64,000 bases of DNA, from positions 1 to 64,000 of the forward strand of contig JAVKJW010000002.1 of NCBI GenBank assembly GCA_031458695.1, in the 5' to 3' direction. This DNA comes from Candidatus Thermofontivivens primus. GTDB taxonomy: Bacteria; Sysuimicrobiota; Sysuimicrobiia; Sysuimicrobiales; Thermofontiviventaceae. Of this stretch, positions 56,076 through 64,000 are shown piece after piece. Position 1 is the first letter of the stretch. Each line of letters starts with the position of its first letter. The notes beneath the pieces were generated by a model. It was given only the letters and a program-made list of their open reading frames with translations, ran no database searches and was not told the origin of the DNA. Both the position numbers and the translations under genes were made by a program.

Positions 56076-57100
56076 TGAGGAACGGAGCAATAGGACGCGC
56101 TTGGCTTGGGGTGCGGCTTTTCACCGGTTTCCTCTTGATCTTCTTCGCACTGCTGCCGCGTTTCTCGAGCACTTATGTTGTCTACCTGACCATCCATATT
56201 CTGATCCTCTCCCTGTTCGCCCTGGGGTTCAACCTCTTGTTTGGATACACGGGGCTGCTTTCCTTTGGCCAGGCAGGATTCTACGCAGTAGGTGCGTATG
56301 TGTGTGCGAGAATCCTTCTCGTAAGACCCTCCCTGCTCCTTGGGGTTGTTGGAGGTATGTTGGCTGCTTGCCTTGTCTCCCTGGTCGTGGGTGCGCTCTC
56401 GGTACGGCACACCCGCATTTACTTCTCGATGCTTACCCTGGCCTTCGGGATGATCATCTTTTCCCTGGCGTGGAAGTGGCGCGACGTGACAGGGGGAGAC
56501 GACGGCCTGGTAGGGATCCCTCGCGCACCACTTGTGCTTGGGCCGCTGGCCGTGGACATGACGAGGTTGGATCATTACTATTCCTTTGTCTTCTTCCTCG
56601 CGGTGCTTGCCATTTGGTTTATGTACCGGATCGTCACTTCTCCCTTCGGTCTCACTCTCCAGGCGATCCGAGATAGCGAGGTCCGTGCTTCGTTCACAGG
56701 GATCCCCGTGCGGGCACACCGGTTTTGGGCATTTGTGATTGCAGGGACCTATGCGGGGTTGGCGGGGTCCTTGCTGCCCCCGCTTGAGAACACCGTGACA
56801 CCTCCTGTTGCTCATTGGACAACCTCCGCAGAACCTGTGCTGGCGACATTGCTCGGGGGTATCCACAGTTTCGCGGGTCCCATCGTGGGCGCGTTCCTCT
56901 TATTCGTCATCAAGGACCTGATCGTGCGCGTCACGATCCACTGGTCTATCGTGCTGGGGATCACCGTCATCGTCCTCGTCATGGGTTTTCGAGGAGGTGT
57001 GGCAGGGGTGCTGGCTGGACTGTTCCAGCGAGTGGTGGCGGTGAAGGTCAGCAGAACGCCAGAACCTATCCCAGTTGGGTCGGAGGGGGAAGAATCGTGA
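56072..57100 (+). CDS. HAAT ABC permease (LivM-like)
   Basis: N-L-L-F-G-Y-T-G-L-L-S-F-G-Q, Y-F-S-M-L-T-L-A-F, T-G-G-D-D-G, S-P-F-G..L-Q-A-I-R-D. Confidence 0.93.
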   Translation: MMRNGAIGRAWLGVRLFTGFLLIFFALLPRFSSTYVVYLTIHILILSLFALGFNLLFGYTGLLSFGQAGFYAVGAYVCARILLVRPSLLLGVVGGMLAACLVSLVVGALSVRHTRIYFSMLTLAFGMIIFSLAWKWRDVTGGDDGLVGIPRAPLVLGPLAVDMTRLDHYYSFVFFLAVLAIWFMYRIVTSPFGLTLQAIRDSEVRASFTGIPVRAHRFWAFVIAGTYAGLAGSLLPPLENTVTPPVAHWTTSAEPVLATLLGGIHSFAGPIVGAFLLFVIKDLIVRVTIHWSIVLGITVIVLVMGFRGGVAGVLAGLFQRVVAVKVSRTPEPIPVGSEGEES

Positions 57101-57855
57101 GTGTCCTGCTTCGCACCTCCGGCTTGCGCAAGCGCTTCGGTGAGCTGCGGGCAGTGGACAATGTATCGCTCGAACTCCACGAGGGCATCCTGACTGCCAT
57201 CATCGGCCCGAACGGTGCAGGGAAGACTACCTTGATCAACCTATTGAGCGGAGCCCTCACGCCGGATGAAGGCCGTATCGAGTTCCTTGGAGAGGAGATC
57301 ACACATCTTCCGGCACATCTCCGCGTGCGCCGAGGGCTTGTGCGGTCGTTCCAAATTATGAACATCTTCCCTCGGCTGAGCGTTGAGGAGAACGTGCTCG
57401 TGCCTGTTCTCGTGCGCTTACGCCGTGACCGGCATGTCTGGGGACCGGTCTCTCGATGTTCTGACGCCCTTGCGGAAGTCGAGCGAGTATTGCAAGCAGT
57501 TGGCCTCTGGGAGATGCGCAACCACCCAGCAGGAGCGCTCTCTCACGGAGATAAGCGCCGTCTCGAGTTAGGCATCGCCATTGCGTCCCGACCGGTCCTG
57601 TGCTTGCTCGATGAACCGTGCTCGGGGACGAACCCCGTGGAGCGAAGGGGTGTGCTTGCTCTCGTGCAGAAATTAGCCCGTGAAGGTCAGACAACCTTTG
57701 TCATCGTGGAGCATGACATGGATGTGGTGTTTAGCTTAGCACAACGGATCGTGGTGATGAGCCGAGGTCAGATCCTGGCCGACGGCACTCCTTCAGAGAT
57801 CCGGGACAACGCAGATGTGCGTGCGATCTATCTCGGAGAGGTACAGGATTCGTGA
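57097..57855 (+). CDS. HAAT ABC ATP-binding protein (LivG-like)
   Basis: G-P-N-G-A-G-K-T-T, R-S-F-Q, L-S-H-G, L-L-D-E-P, V-E-H-D-M; GTG start overlaps the livM stop. Confidence 0.93.
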   Translation: MSVLLRTSGLRKRFGELRAVDNVSLELHEGILTAIIGPNGAGKTTLINLLSGALTPDEGRIEFLGEEITHLPAHLRVRRGLVRSFQIMNIFPRLSVEENVLVPVLVRLRRDRHVWGPVSRCSDALAEVERVLQAVGLWEMRNHPAGALSHGDKRRLELGIAIASRPVLCLLDEPCSGTNPVERRGVLALVQKLAREGQTTFVIVEHDMDVVFSLAQRIVVMSRGQILADGTPSEIRDNADVRAIYLGEVQDS

Positions 57856-57899
57856 GAAGACCAACGATCCCAATGTTTGAGAGGGGTCCGTAGAAAGCG

Positions 57900-58598
57900 A
57901 TGCTGAGCGTTACTGGCCTGGTTGTCGGTTATGGCGACAGCATTGTCGTGCAGGGACTTTCTCTCCATGTGTCCGAAGGGGAAATCGTTGCGCTTTTGGG
58001 TCGGAATGGTGCAGGCAAGACCACGACGCTCCGCGGCCTTATAGGGCTGACACCGCCGCGCAGCGGCCATGTGTGGTTCCGCGGGAAGGATCTGCGAGGC
58101 CTCCCGCCTTACCAGATCGCACGGTTTGGCATCGCCTACGTCCCCGACGACCGACGCATCTTTCCCCATCTCACTGTAGAAGAGAACTTGCTGCTGGCAG
58201 CGCGGGTGCTGAACCGGCGTGGGCCGTGGACGCTTGAGCGAGTTTACCAGATCTTCCCCTCGCTCTCTCTATTGCGCAGGAACCTTGGGACAAATCTCAG
58301 CGGCGGCGAGCAAAAGATGCTGGCCATTGGACGGGCACTCATGACCAACCCTCTTTTGCTCTTGCTCGATGAGCCCGCAGAGGGACTTGCCCCGCTTGTG
58401 GTTCAACAGCTCATCCGCACCATTGAGGAGATCCGGGCAGCAGGGGTGACGATCCTCCTTGCCGATCAAAATATGCACTTTTGCCGACGTCTTGCTGACC
58501 GCGGGTATGTGATCGACAAGGGTTCTGCCCGGTTCGAGGGGACGATGGAGGAGATCTGGCGGAACGAAGAAGTGATCCGACAGTACTTGTCGGTCTAA
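57900..58598 (+). CDS. HAAT ABC ATP-binding protein (LivF-like)
   Basis: G-R-N-G-A-G-K-T-T, L-S-G-G-E-Q, L-D-E-P-A-E-G-L-A-P. Confidence 0.93.
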   Translation: MLSVTGLVVGYGDSIVVQGLSLHVSEGEIVALLGRNGAGKTTTLRGLIGLTPPRSGHVWFRGKDLRGLPPYQIARFGIAYVPDDRRIFPHLTVEENLLLAARVLNRRGPWTLERVYQIFPSLSLLRRNLGTNLSGGEQKMLAIGRALMTNPLLLLLDEPAEGLAPLVVQQLIRTIEEIRAAGVTILLADQNMHFCRRLADRGYVIDKGSARFEGTMEEIWRNEEVIRQYLSV

Positions 58599-58711
58599 GG
58601 GAGCGAGCGAATTCTTTGGATAAGGTTTCGCCCATGAAGGGTTCTTCCCCGTTGCGTCGAATGATTCGGGCGGAGGGTAGGGAGGGGACTTGACACGCGG
58701 GAGGTGAGGGT

Positions 58712-58864
58712 ATGTGGGCGAACTGGGTTAATGTGATTGTTGGGATCTGGCTTATTATCTCTCCGTTCGTGGTGAAGAGCGCTTCTGGGATCCAGTGGAA
58801 CAATATCATCTTCGGCATCGTAGTGGCTGTCCTCGCCTACTACGCAACAACCCAGAAGAAATAG
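58712..58864 (+). CDS. SPW-repeat small membrane protein (50 aa), below the ORF-track cutoff
   Basis: GGAGGTGAGG RBS + ATG; MWANWVNVIVGIWLIISPFVVKSASGIQWNNIIFGIVVAVLAYYATTQKK matches the G-x-W-L-x-x-S-P-W/F...W-N-N pattern. Confidence 0.85.
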   Translation: MWANWVNVIVGIWLIISPFVVKSASGIQWNNIIFGIVVAVLAYYATTQKK

Positions 58865-58968
58865 AACGTACCCACCCTTGCAGCACCCCCTCCCTCCCTT
58901 CATGAAGTCCTTTTAGGTTGTACCTGTGGTTGCATGCCTGATACCCGAGAACCTGTCCCTGATCGATC

Positions 58969-59883
58969 ATGTCCTTTTTGATTTCCTTCCCAACGCTTCT
59001 CCTCAAGGGGATCCTTACGCTCATCGCCCTCTGGCTTCTGGGGCGCTTTGTTTCGCCCCTTCGTGTCCTGGAAGTGTTGATGCATGCGAATTTCCTTCCG
59101 CTCCTCTTGGCGGTTTCCCTTGCGTGGGGATTCGCCGTGTTGAAAGCGATCAAGTGGGGGCTGTTGATCAGGGCGAGTGCTGTTCCTGTCGGCATGAGCG
59201 TTGCGTTTCGATCCTATTTCCTCGGAATGGCCGTCGGCCTTCTCACGCCAGGACGGGTAGGCGAGGTCGCTCGAATCGCCTGTCTCCCCCGGGAACGAAG
59301 GCTAGCGCTCGGAAGCCTCGTAGCCTTCGACAAGTCCATGGATGCCTGGGCGATAGCGGCCTTGGCCCTCCTAGGGGTGAACGCGCTCTTTGGGCCTCGC
59401 CTTGCTCTCCTCGTAGCTTTAGGGCTCTTCGTCTGGGGATTTCTGACCCTGTACCCTGGGTGGACGGTGGCGGTTCTGCGCCGGAGGGGCGCCATCCCGC
59501 GTCTCCTTCCCTGGTCCTCCCAGGTGGATCAAAGGTCACTTCGTACGGCGTTTGGGCTTACTGTGGTCGCGTTTGCAACGATCACGGCTGAGGCAGTGTT
59601 CATCGCTCAAGCCTTTCATCCTGCGGCGGAGCTCCCAGTGGTCCTCACCCTTCCGGCCATCCTGGTGGCGAATAGCCTTCCGATCACCCTCGGGGGCCTC
59701 GGGGTGCGGGAGGGTGTGGCGGTCTTCCTCATGGGGAGGTTCGGGGTAAGCCCGGAGGCCGCTACTCTGGTGGCGTTCACCTTGTTTGTCTTCAACACGT
59801 TCTTCCCAGCGCTTCTCGGGTTTCTGGTGGCGAGCAGGGAAGCATCCCGTCAGGAAAACTTGAACACCGCTCGCCAGGCCTAG
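58969..59883 (+). CDS. Lysylphosphatidylglycerol synthase TM / flippase-like (UPF0104) protein
   Basis: K-W..L, T-P-G-R-V-G-E-V-A-R, L-P-I-T-L-G-G-L-G-V-R-E; multiple TM segments. Confidence 0.85.
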   Translation: MSFLISFPTLLLKGILTLIALWLLGRFVSPLRVLEVLMHANFLPLLLAVSLAWGFAVLKAIKWGLLIRASAVPVGMSVAFRSYFLGMAVGLLTPGRVGEVARIACLPRERRLALGSLVAFDKSMDAWAIAALALLGVNALFGPRLALLVALGLFVWGFLTLYPGWTVAVLRRRGAIPRLLPWSSQVDQRSLRTAFGLTVVAFATITAEAVFIAQAFHPAAELPVVLTLPAILVANSLPITLGGLGVREGVAVFLMGRFGVSPEAATLVAFTLFVFNTFFPALLGFLVASREASRQENLNTARQA

Positions 59884-59914
59884 CCCTCTCCACCAGGAGT
59901 TTCAGGGGAAGCAT

Positions 59915-62275
59915 TCACTTCGTTGCAATCACAATCGAATAGGTCCCGGTTGCCTCGACGGTAATGCGCGCGGCGCCAGCATCCACACCTGTATCGAGGA
60001 CCTTCGCCTCTCCCTTCACGTGGAGCTTGCTCCAGGAGGAGATCCCGTGGATACGCAGGATATGCGTCCTGCGCGTGGCCCCGCACTTCCATCGGAATCC
60101 CCGTGCGTCCCGCGTGGCCTTCATAGGGACCTCCCCTTCCTCATCGTCGAAGAGGGTGAAGTCCGCTTCGGTCGTAACGTAGATCTCGAGGGTGAGCGGG
60201 TCCTCTGGCCGTTCCCCGCTGAACTGCATCTCCGGTCCTAGGGGGATGATAGACTCCCCCCTGATGAACAGGGGGATCCTTTCCAGGGGGCCGCGCCAGC
60301 GGGTCCATCGTGCTCCCTCGAAACGCTGGCCTGTCCAGAAATCGACCCACCATCCTGCAGGGAGATAGACAGCTCTTTCGTCGCGTTCTGTCAGGATAGG
60401 CGCTACCAACAGGGACTCCCCGAGAAGGTACTCGTCGGAGATGGAGGGGACAGCTGGGTCGTCTTGGTACTCCAGAATCAGAGGACGCATCAGGGGAAGC
60501 CCGGCCTTTGTGCAACGGTAGGCTTCGGAGTATAGGTAGGGGATCAATCGGTAACGGAGGTGGGAGAACGCCCGCACAATTTCCACTGTGCGTCGGCCGA
60601 AGTACCACGGCTCACGAGGTGTGGTCCCGTGGAATCGGGCGTGAGAGGAGAGAAGGCCGAATTGAGCCCATCTGACATACAATTTGGGATCCTTTAAACT
60701 ATAGAATCCTCCAATGTCGTGGCTCCAGAAGGCAAACCCACTCAGTCCTAAGGAGAGTCCGCTCGCCAGCACCCGCCCGAGGACCTCCCACTTGGACTGA
60801 GCATCGCCGCTCCAGTGGACTGGGAATCGCTGAGATCCTGCCCAGGCGCTGCGTGCCCAGATCACTGGTTGGGGGGAGAACTCCTGGCTTACCTCAAACA
60901 CCGTGCTGGTATACAATAAAGGATACAAATTGTGGAGTTCCTCTCCGCGCATCCCTGAGGAGCTCACGGCATCCTGCGGGACCTCCTCCCCGTAGTCTGT
61001 TTTAAAGGCAGCGACCCCCTGCGCGAGCAGAGGCCTATGCAGCGACTTGTACCACTCCCTCGCATCAGGGTTCGTGAAATCTACCACTGCTGCAGGGACA
61101 CCCCGCTCGGGGCGCGCGGGAGTGCCATCTGGAGCGCGCAAGAAATATCCCTTCTCCATGGCATCCTGGAACAAAGGGCTGTCCATGGGGAAGTAAGGGT
61201 TCTCCCAGAGAGAAACCTTCACGCCCTGGCGGCGTAACTGGCGGAGCATCTCTGCGGGCTTTGGGAAGGCCTCTTCATCCCAGAGGAAATCGCAGGCGTC
61301 AAAGTCCCTCTTCTTCCGCCCTTTCAGCCAGAGGGGGTCGATGTGGAGAACATCGAAGGGAAGGCCTTCCTTGCGCAGGCGTTGGACGATCGTTTCGATC
61401 TCCTTGCGGTTCTTGTACATGCAGCGCGAGTACCACACTCCGAAGCTCCACTTGGGAGGAAGTGGGGGTCGGCCGGTAAGGGCAGTATATCGGCGAAGGA
61501 TCTCCTTGAAGGTGGGACCGTAGATGAGGAAATAATCCAGATCCCCTCCTTCGACCATCACAACACCGCTGATCGCTGAGGAAGCCCCCAGGTCAACGTG
61601 GACGGGGTAGGAAGTGTGCACGAACATCCCGTAGCCGCGAGTGCTCATGAAGAAGGGGACAGGCTTGTAGGCGAGGGTTGTCGAATTGGTGCCATGAGCC
61701 TCTCTGACCTGCAAGAGGACGCGTTGACCACGCTGATCGAAAGCTACGTATCGCTCCCCTAGCCCGTAGAGATGTTCTTCATGGTCTAGGACAAAGGTCT
61801 CGTAGGTGGAGATCTTGTGCGTGGATCTCTCCACTGCAAACCCCAGGGGGAAGGTGATGGGGTCCTCGAACGCCCTATCGGCCACCTGCTCCTGGAAGAC
61901 CAACCTCCCCTGGATATCTGTGACCCGCAGCTCCCAGGGAGCTCGCAGGATGCGCACGGCGAGGGATCCTGTCTTGATGAGCACGCCATCGCGCTCTTCG
62001 TGGACTTGAAGTCGCACGCGGCGAAGTCGTTCGGTGACCAACATGGGGGAGGGCTGTCGAGGAAGTCCCCCCATGCTGAGTCGCAGCCGCAGGATCTCCG
62101 GGGAGGAGAAGGTGAGGAAGACGTGGAGGCGATCTCCCTGCTCCGTGAGGGCATCGAACTGGATGCCCCCCGGGATGAGCCGGTACCGCTCCCATCGATG
62201 GATGGGATGGAACTCGTACCGGGTCAGGTCGAAGATCGCGTGCGCATGTGGTGGGAAACGGCGCACAGGGCTCAT
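59915..62275 (-). CDS. GH31 glycosidase (alpha-xylosidase YicI-like)
   Basis: Y-G-L-G-E-R, Y-K-P-V-P-F-F-M-S, nucleophile K-T-D-Y-G-E, H-W-S-G-D, W-S-H-D-I-G-G-F, R-F-H-G...R-E-P-W. Confidence 0.93.
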   Translation of the reverse strand: MSPVRRFPPHAHAIFDLTRYEFHPIHRWERYRLIPGGIQFDALTEQGDRLHVFLTFSSPEILRLRLSMGGLPRQPSPMLVTERLRRVRLQVHEERDGVLIKTGSLAVRILRAPWELRVTDIQGRLVFQEQVADRAFEDPITFPLGFAVERSTHKISTYETFVLDHEEHLYGLGERYVAFDQRGQRVLLQVREAHGTNSTTLAYKPVPFFMSTRGYGMFVHTSYPVHVDLGASSAISGVVMVEGGDLDYFLIYGPTFKEILRRYTALTGRPPLPPKWSFGVWYSRCMYKNRKEIETIVQRLRKEGLPFDVLHIDPLWLKGRKKRDFDACDFLWDEEAFPKPAEMLRQLRRQGVKVSLWENPYFPMDSPLFQDAMEKGYFLRAPDGTPARPERGVPAAVVDFTNPDAREWYKSLHRPLLAQGVAAFKTDYGEEVPQDAVSSSGMRGEELHNLYPLLYTSTVFEVSQEFSPQPVIWARSAWAGSQRFPVHWSGDAQSKWEVLGRVLASGLSLGLSGFAFWSHDIGGFYSLKDPKLYVRWAQFGLLSSHARFHGTTPREPWYFGRRTVEIVRAFSHLRYRLIPYLYSEAYRCTKAGLPLMRPLILEYQDDPAVPSISDEYLLGESLLVAPILTERDERAVYLPAGWWVDFWTGQRFEGARWTRWRGPLERIPLFIRGESIIPLGPEMQFSGERPEDPLTLEIYVTTEADFTLFDDEEGEVPMKATRDARGFRWKCGATRRTHILRIHGISSWSKLHVKGEAKVLDTGVDAGAARITVEATGTYSIVIATK

Positions 62276-62287
62276 GGAGCGTTGACC

Positions 62288-62944
62288 TCACTGTGGGATT
62301 TGTGGGGATCCTCCTTTTGGAATAGGAGATCGCCAAAACCGCAGAAGGTAATGGAGCATCTTGAAATACTCCAGCAACACGTCCTCCGTGTCCTGCTCCC
62401 GCGTCCACCAGCGGTCGACGTGGAATGTGCTGTAAGGAGAGGGAGAGACGAGGACCTGGATTCCTGCCGCACCGAAGATGCGTTGAAATGTCCACTTCGC
62501 GCGTCGGGCGTGGTAGGGGGACGTTACAACGATCACCCGGCGCCCACCAAGCTTTTGGACCATCGGGAGGGTCCTCAAGGCTTGCTCCCAGGTGCTCATA
62601 GACTCTTCCTCCATGAGGATGGCTCGTGCAGGAAGACCGAGGATGAGGGCTTCCTTGCGCATCACTTCCGCTGCCGTCGTCCAGCGGCCCAACGGCCCGC
62701 CTGAAAGGATGACCTTCGGCGCGTATCCCTGCCTCCACAGGGAGACAGCCTGCATCACCCGCTCCCCTGTGCTATCACCCGAAAGGGCGATGATGACATC
62801 GGCACGGGTGAGTGAGTCATTGGTGACGAGCCAAGCCGCCGCCTGGGTGAGGATCCATGGGTATCCCAGGAAGAGCGCAACAAGGACGACTGCGGCGATG
62901 GCGAGGCGGATGGGCCATTTCGGTGAACGCCTTGGTCTTTTCAA
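62288..62944 (-). CDS. YdcF/ElyC (DUF218) family membrane protein
   Basis: N-terminal TM, A-D-V-I-I-A-L-S-G, L-S-G-G, S-M-S-T-W-E-Q-A, V-T-S-P-Y-H-A-R-R-A, L-E-Y-F-K; start uncertain (TTG 62944). Confidence 0.85.
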   Translation of the reverse strand: MKRPRRSPKWPIRLAIAAVVLVALFLGYPWILTQAAAWLVTNDSLTRADVIIALSGDSTGERVMQAVSLWRQGYAPKVILSGGPLGRWTTAAEVMRKEALILGLPARAILMEEESMSTWEQALRTLPMVQKLGGRRVIVVTSPYHARRAKWTFQRIFGAAGIQVLVSPSPYSTFHVDRWWTREQDTEDVLLEYFKMLHYLLRFWRSPIPKGGSPQIPQ

Positions 62945-62949
62945 GGGCC

Positions 62950-63333
62950 TCAGTACGCTTCCCAGTCCTTCCGTGGTACAGACCAGTTCGACGGTCCCGC
63001 TGGTCTGATGGAGACGTGGCACACTGGCGAGGTCCTCGTCGCGCCGTGCCAGTGCCATGTTCCTGCGGGGACGACCACAATATCTCCCGCCTTCGCATAA
63101 TGCCTCTCCTGTTCGGTGGCCACAATCCCCTCCCCTTCCACAAAGTAGAGCACTTGATCGGTCTCGTGAATATGCGGGATGGTGCGGGCACCGGCTTCAA
63201 AGAACACGGCGATCACCTCGATCGCACCAGGCTGTTCAGGCCGCACCAAATATTGCAGGCGGACGTTCCCGGAGAAGTACTCTGGACGCTCCGGTGGACC
63301 CGCCTGGGAGAGATCGACCCTGAATGTGTGCAC
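62950..63333 (-). CDS. Cupin domain protein
   Basis: F-E-A-G-A-R-T-I-P-H-I-H...Q-V-L, G-D-I-V-V-V-P-A-G-T-W-H-W-H-G-A. Confidence 0.9.
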   Translation of the reverse strand: MHTFRVDLSQAGPPERPEYFSGNVRLQYLVRPEQPGAIEVIAVFFEAGARTIPHIHETDQVLYFVEGEGIVATEQERHYAKAGDIVVVPAGTWHWHGATRTSPVCHVSIRPAGPSNWSVPRKDWEAY

Positions 63334-63436
63334 GGCGGAACCTCCACCCCTTTGGTGTTACCGGAAAGATACGCGGTAGGTGAGGGATCTCCCTTCTGCT
63401 CCTTCCTCTCGGCAAGCGATTTTCTTGGGAAGTTCC

Positions 63437-64000
63437 CTAAGCCATGCGCGCTCCAGTGATGGAGGGTTTTACGGCACGCACCGTGATGCTGACAATGGGG
63501 AACACCCCCATGGGCGCACTCTTTTGGAGAACCTCCACATCCACAAAACCCGCAGTACGGATCTTTTGAAGGTACTCCTCTTGTTCGAGGGCGCCACCAA
63601 CACAGCCAGCCCAAGCCGCTAGACTCTCGCGCACAAACTTCGGCAGCTCGTCCTGCGTGACAATATCCGAGACGATCATTCGCCCTCCGGGCTTCAACAC
63701 CCGGAACGCCTCCCGGAAGACCGCTTCTTTGTCGGGGGAGAGGTTGATGACGCAGTTGCTGATGATCACGTCTACGGAAGCATCTTCAAGAGGTAGGTCC
63801 TCGATTTCTCCGAAGCGGAATTCCACATTGGCCGCGTTAGCCTTTCGTGCGCTTTCCTGTGCTCGCTCGATCATCTCAGGGGTCATGTCCACTCCAATGA
63901 CTCTCCCTTGGGGACCAACCCTTTGCGCTGCGAGGAGCGCGTCTAGTCCACCGCCACTTCCCAGATCGAGGACCACCTCCCCGGGCCTGAGTTCTGAGAG
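63437..64000 (-). CDS. arsM: Arsenite S-adenosylmethionine methyltransferase, 5' end beyond window
   Basis: [41 protein letters not shown]; frame stays open to the window edge. Confidence 0.9.
   Translation of the reverse strand, partial: LSELRPGEVVLDLGSGGGLDALLAAQRVGPQGRVIGVDMTPEMIERAQESARKANAANVEFRFGEIEDLPLEDASVDVIISNCVINLSPDKEAVFREAFRVLKPGGRMIVSDIVTQDELPKFVRESLAAWAGCVGGALEQEEYLQKIRTAGFVDVEVLQKSAPMGVFPIVSITVRAVKPSITGARMA

Noticed and set aside
1..64000. CRISPR arrays, IS elements, prophage, or a cobalamin riboswitch near the mutase
   Set aside because: No repeat-spacer periodicity, transposase, integrase or phage genes, and no B12-box motif recognised by eye.

Overview
GC-rich (visually about 60-65%) bacterial chromosomal window, densely coding, with no CRISPR array, transposase, integrase or prophage visible. 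T-box riboswitches, sigma70-like promoters and gene style suggest a Terrabacteria-type organism (inference only). In order: a VapC/PIN gene end; a DUF2089 operon; TusA and DsrE sulfur-relay genes; an ornithine cyclodeaminase-family gene, GntR, glnA and pruA; a LytS/LytTR pair; tRNA-Leu(GAG); a large acyl-CoA carboxylase/methylmalonyl-CoA cluster (CaiB, fused AccD-AccA, PccB, GNAT, AccC, BCCP, mutase, MeaB, epimerase); rlmN; aroF-tyrA-trpEGDCFBA with two Trp T-boxes; MBL and NUDIX hydrolases, a BON protein, a GH94 phosphorylase and Ogg; a selenocysteine-containing SelD with divergent LysR; archease; a HybA/NrfD module behind a heme-c sensor kinase and NarL regulator; glgC; menG/ubiE; TetR-PaaK-Liv ABC; a 50-aa SPW protein; GH31; YdcF; a cupin; and a partial arsM. 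Best candidates for something new: (1) a multidomain protein ending in a divergent Hfq/Sm domain, with its own in-frame internal RBS and ATG, inside the acyl-CoA cluster; (2) an ANTAR-like dual-hairpin antiterminator before glnA whose two hexaloops both start with C instead of the canonical A; (3) two unusually large Trp T-boxes in series with branched insertions, one controlling tyrA; (4) a heme-sensing two-component system next to a HybA/NrfD redox module that has no catalytic subunit; (5) a candidate structured leader upstream of pruA. All calls come from reading motifs by eye; no database search was run.
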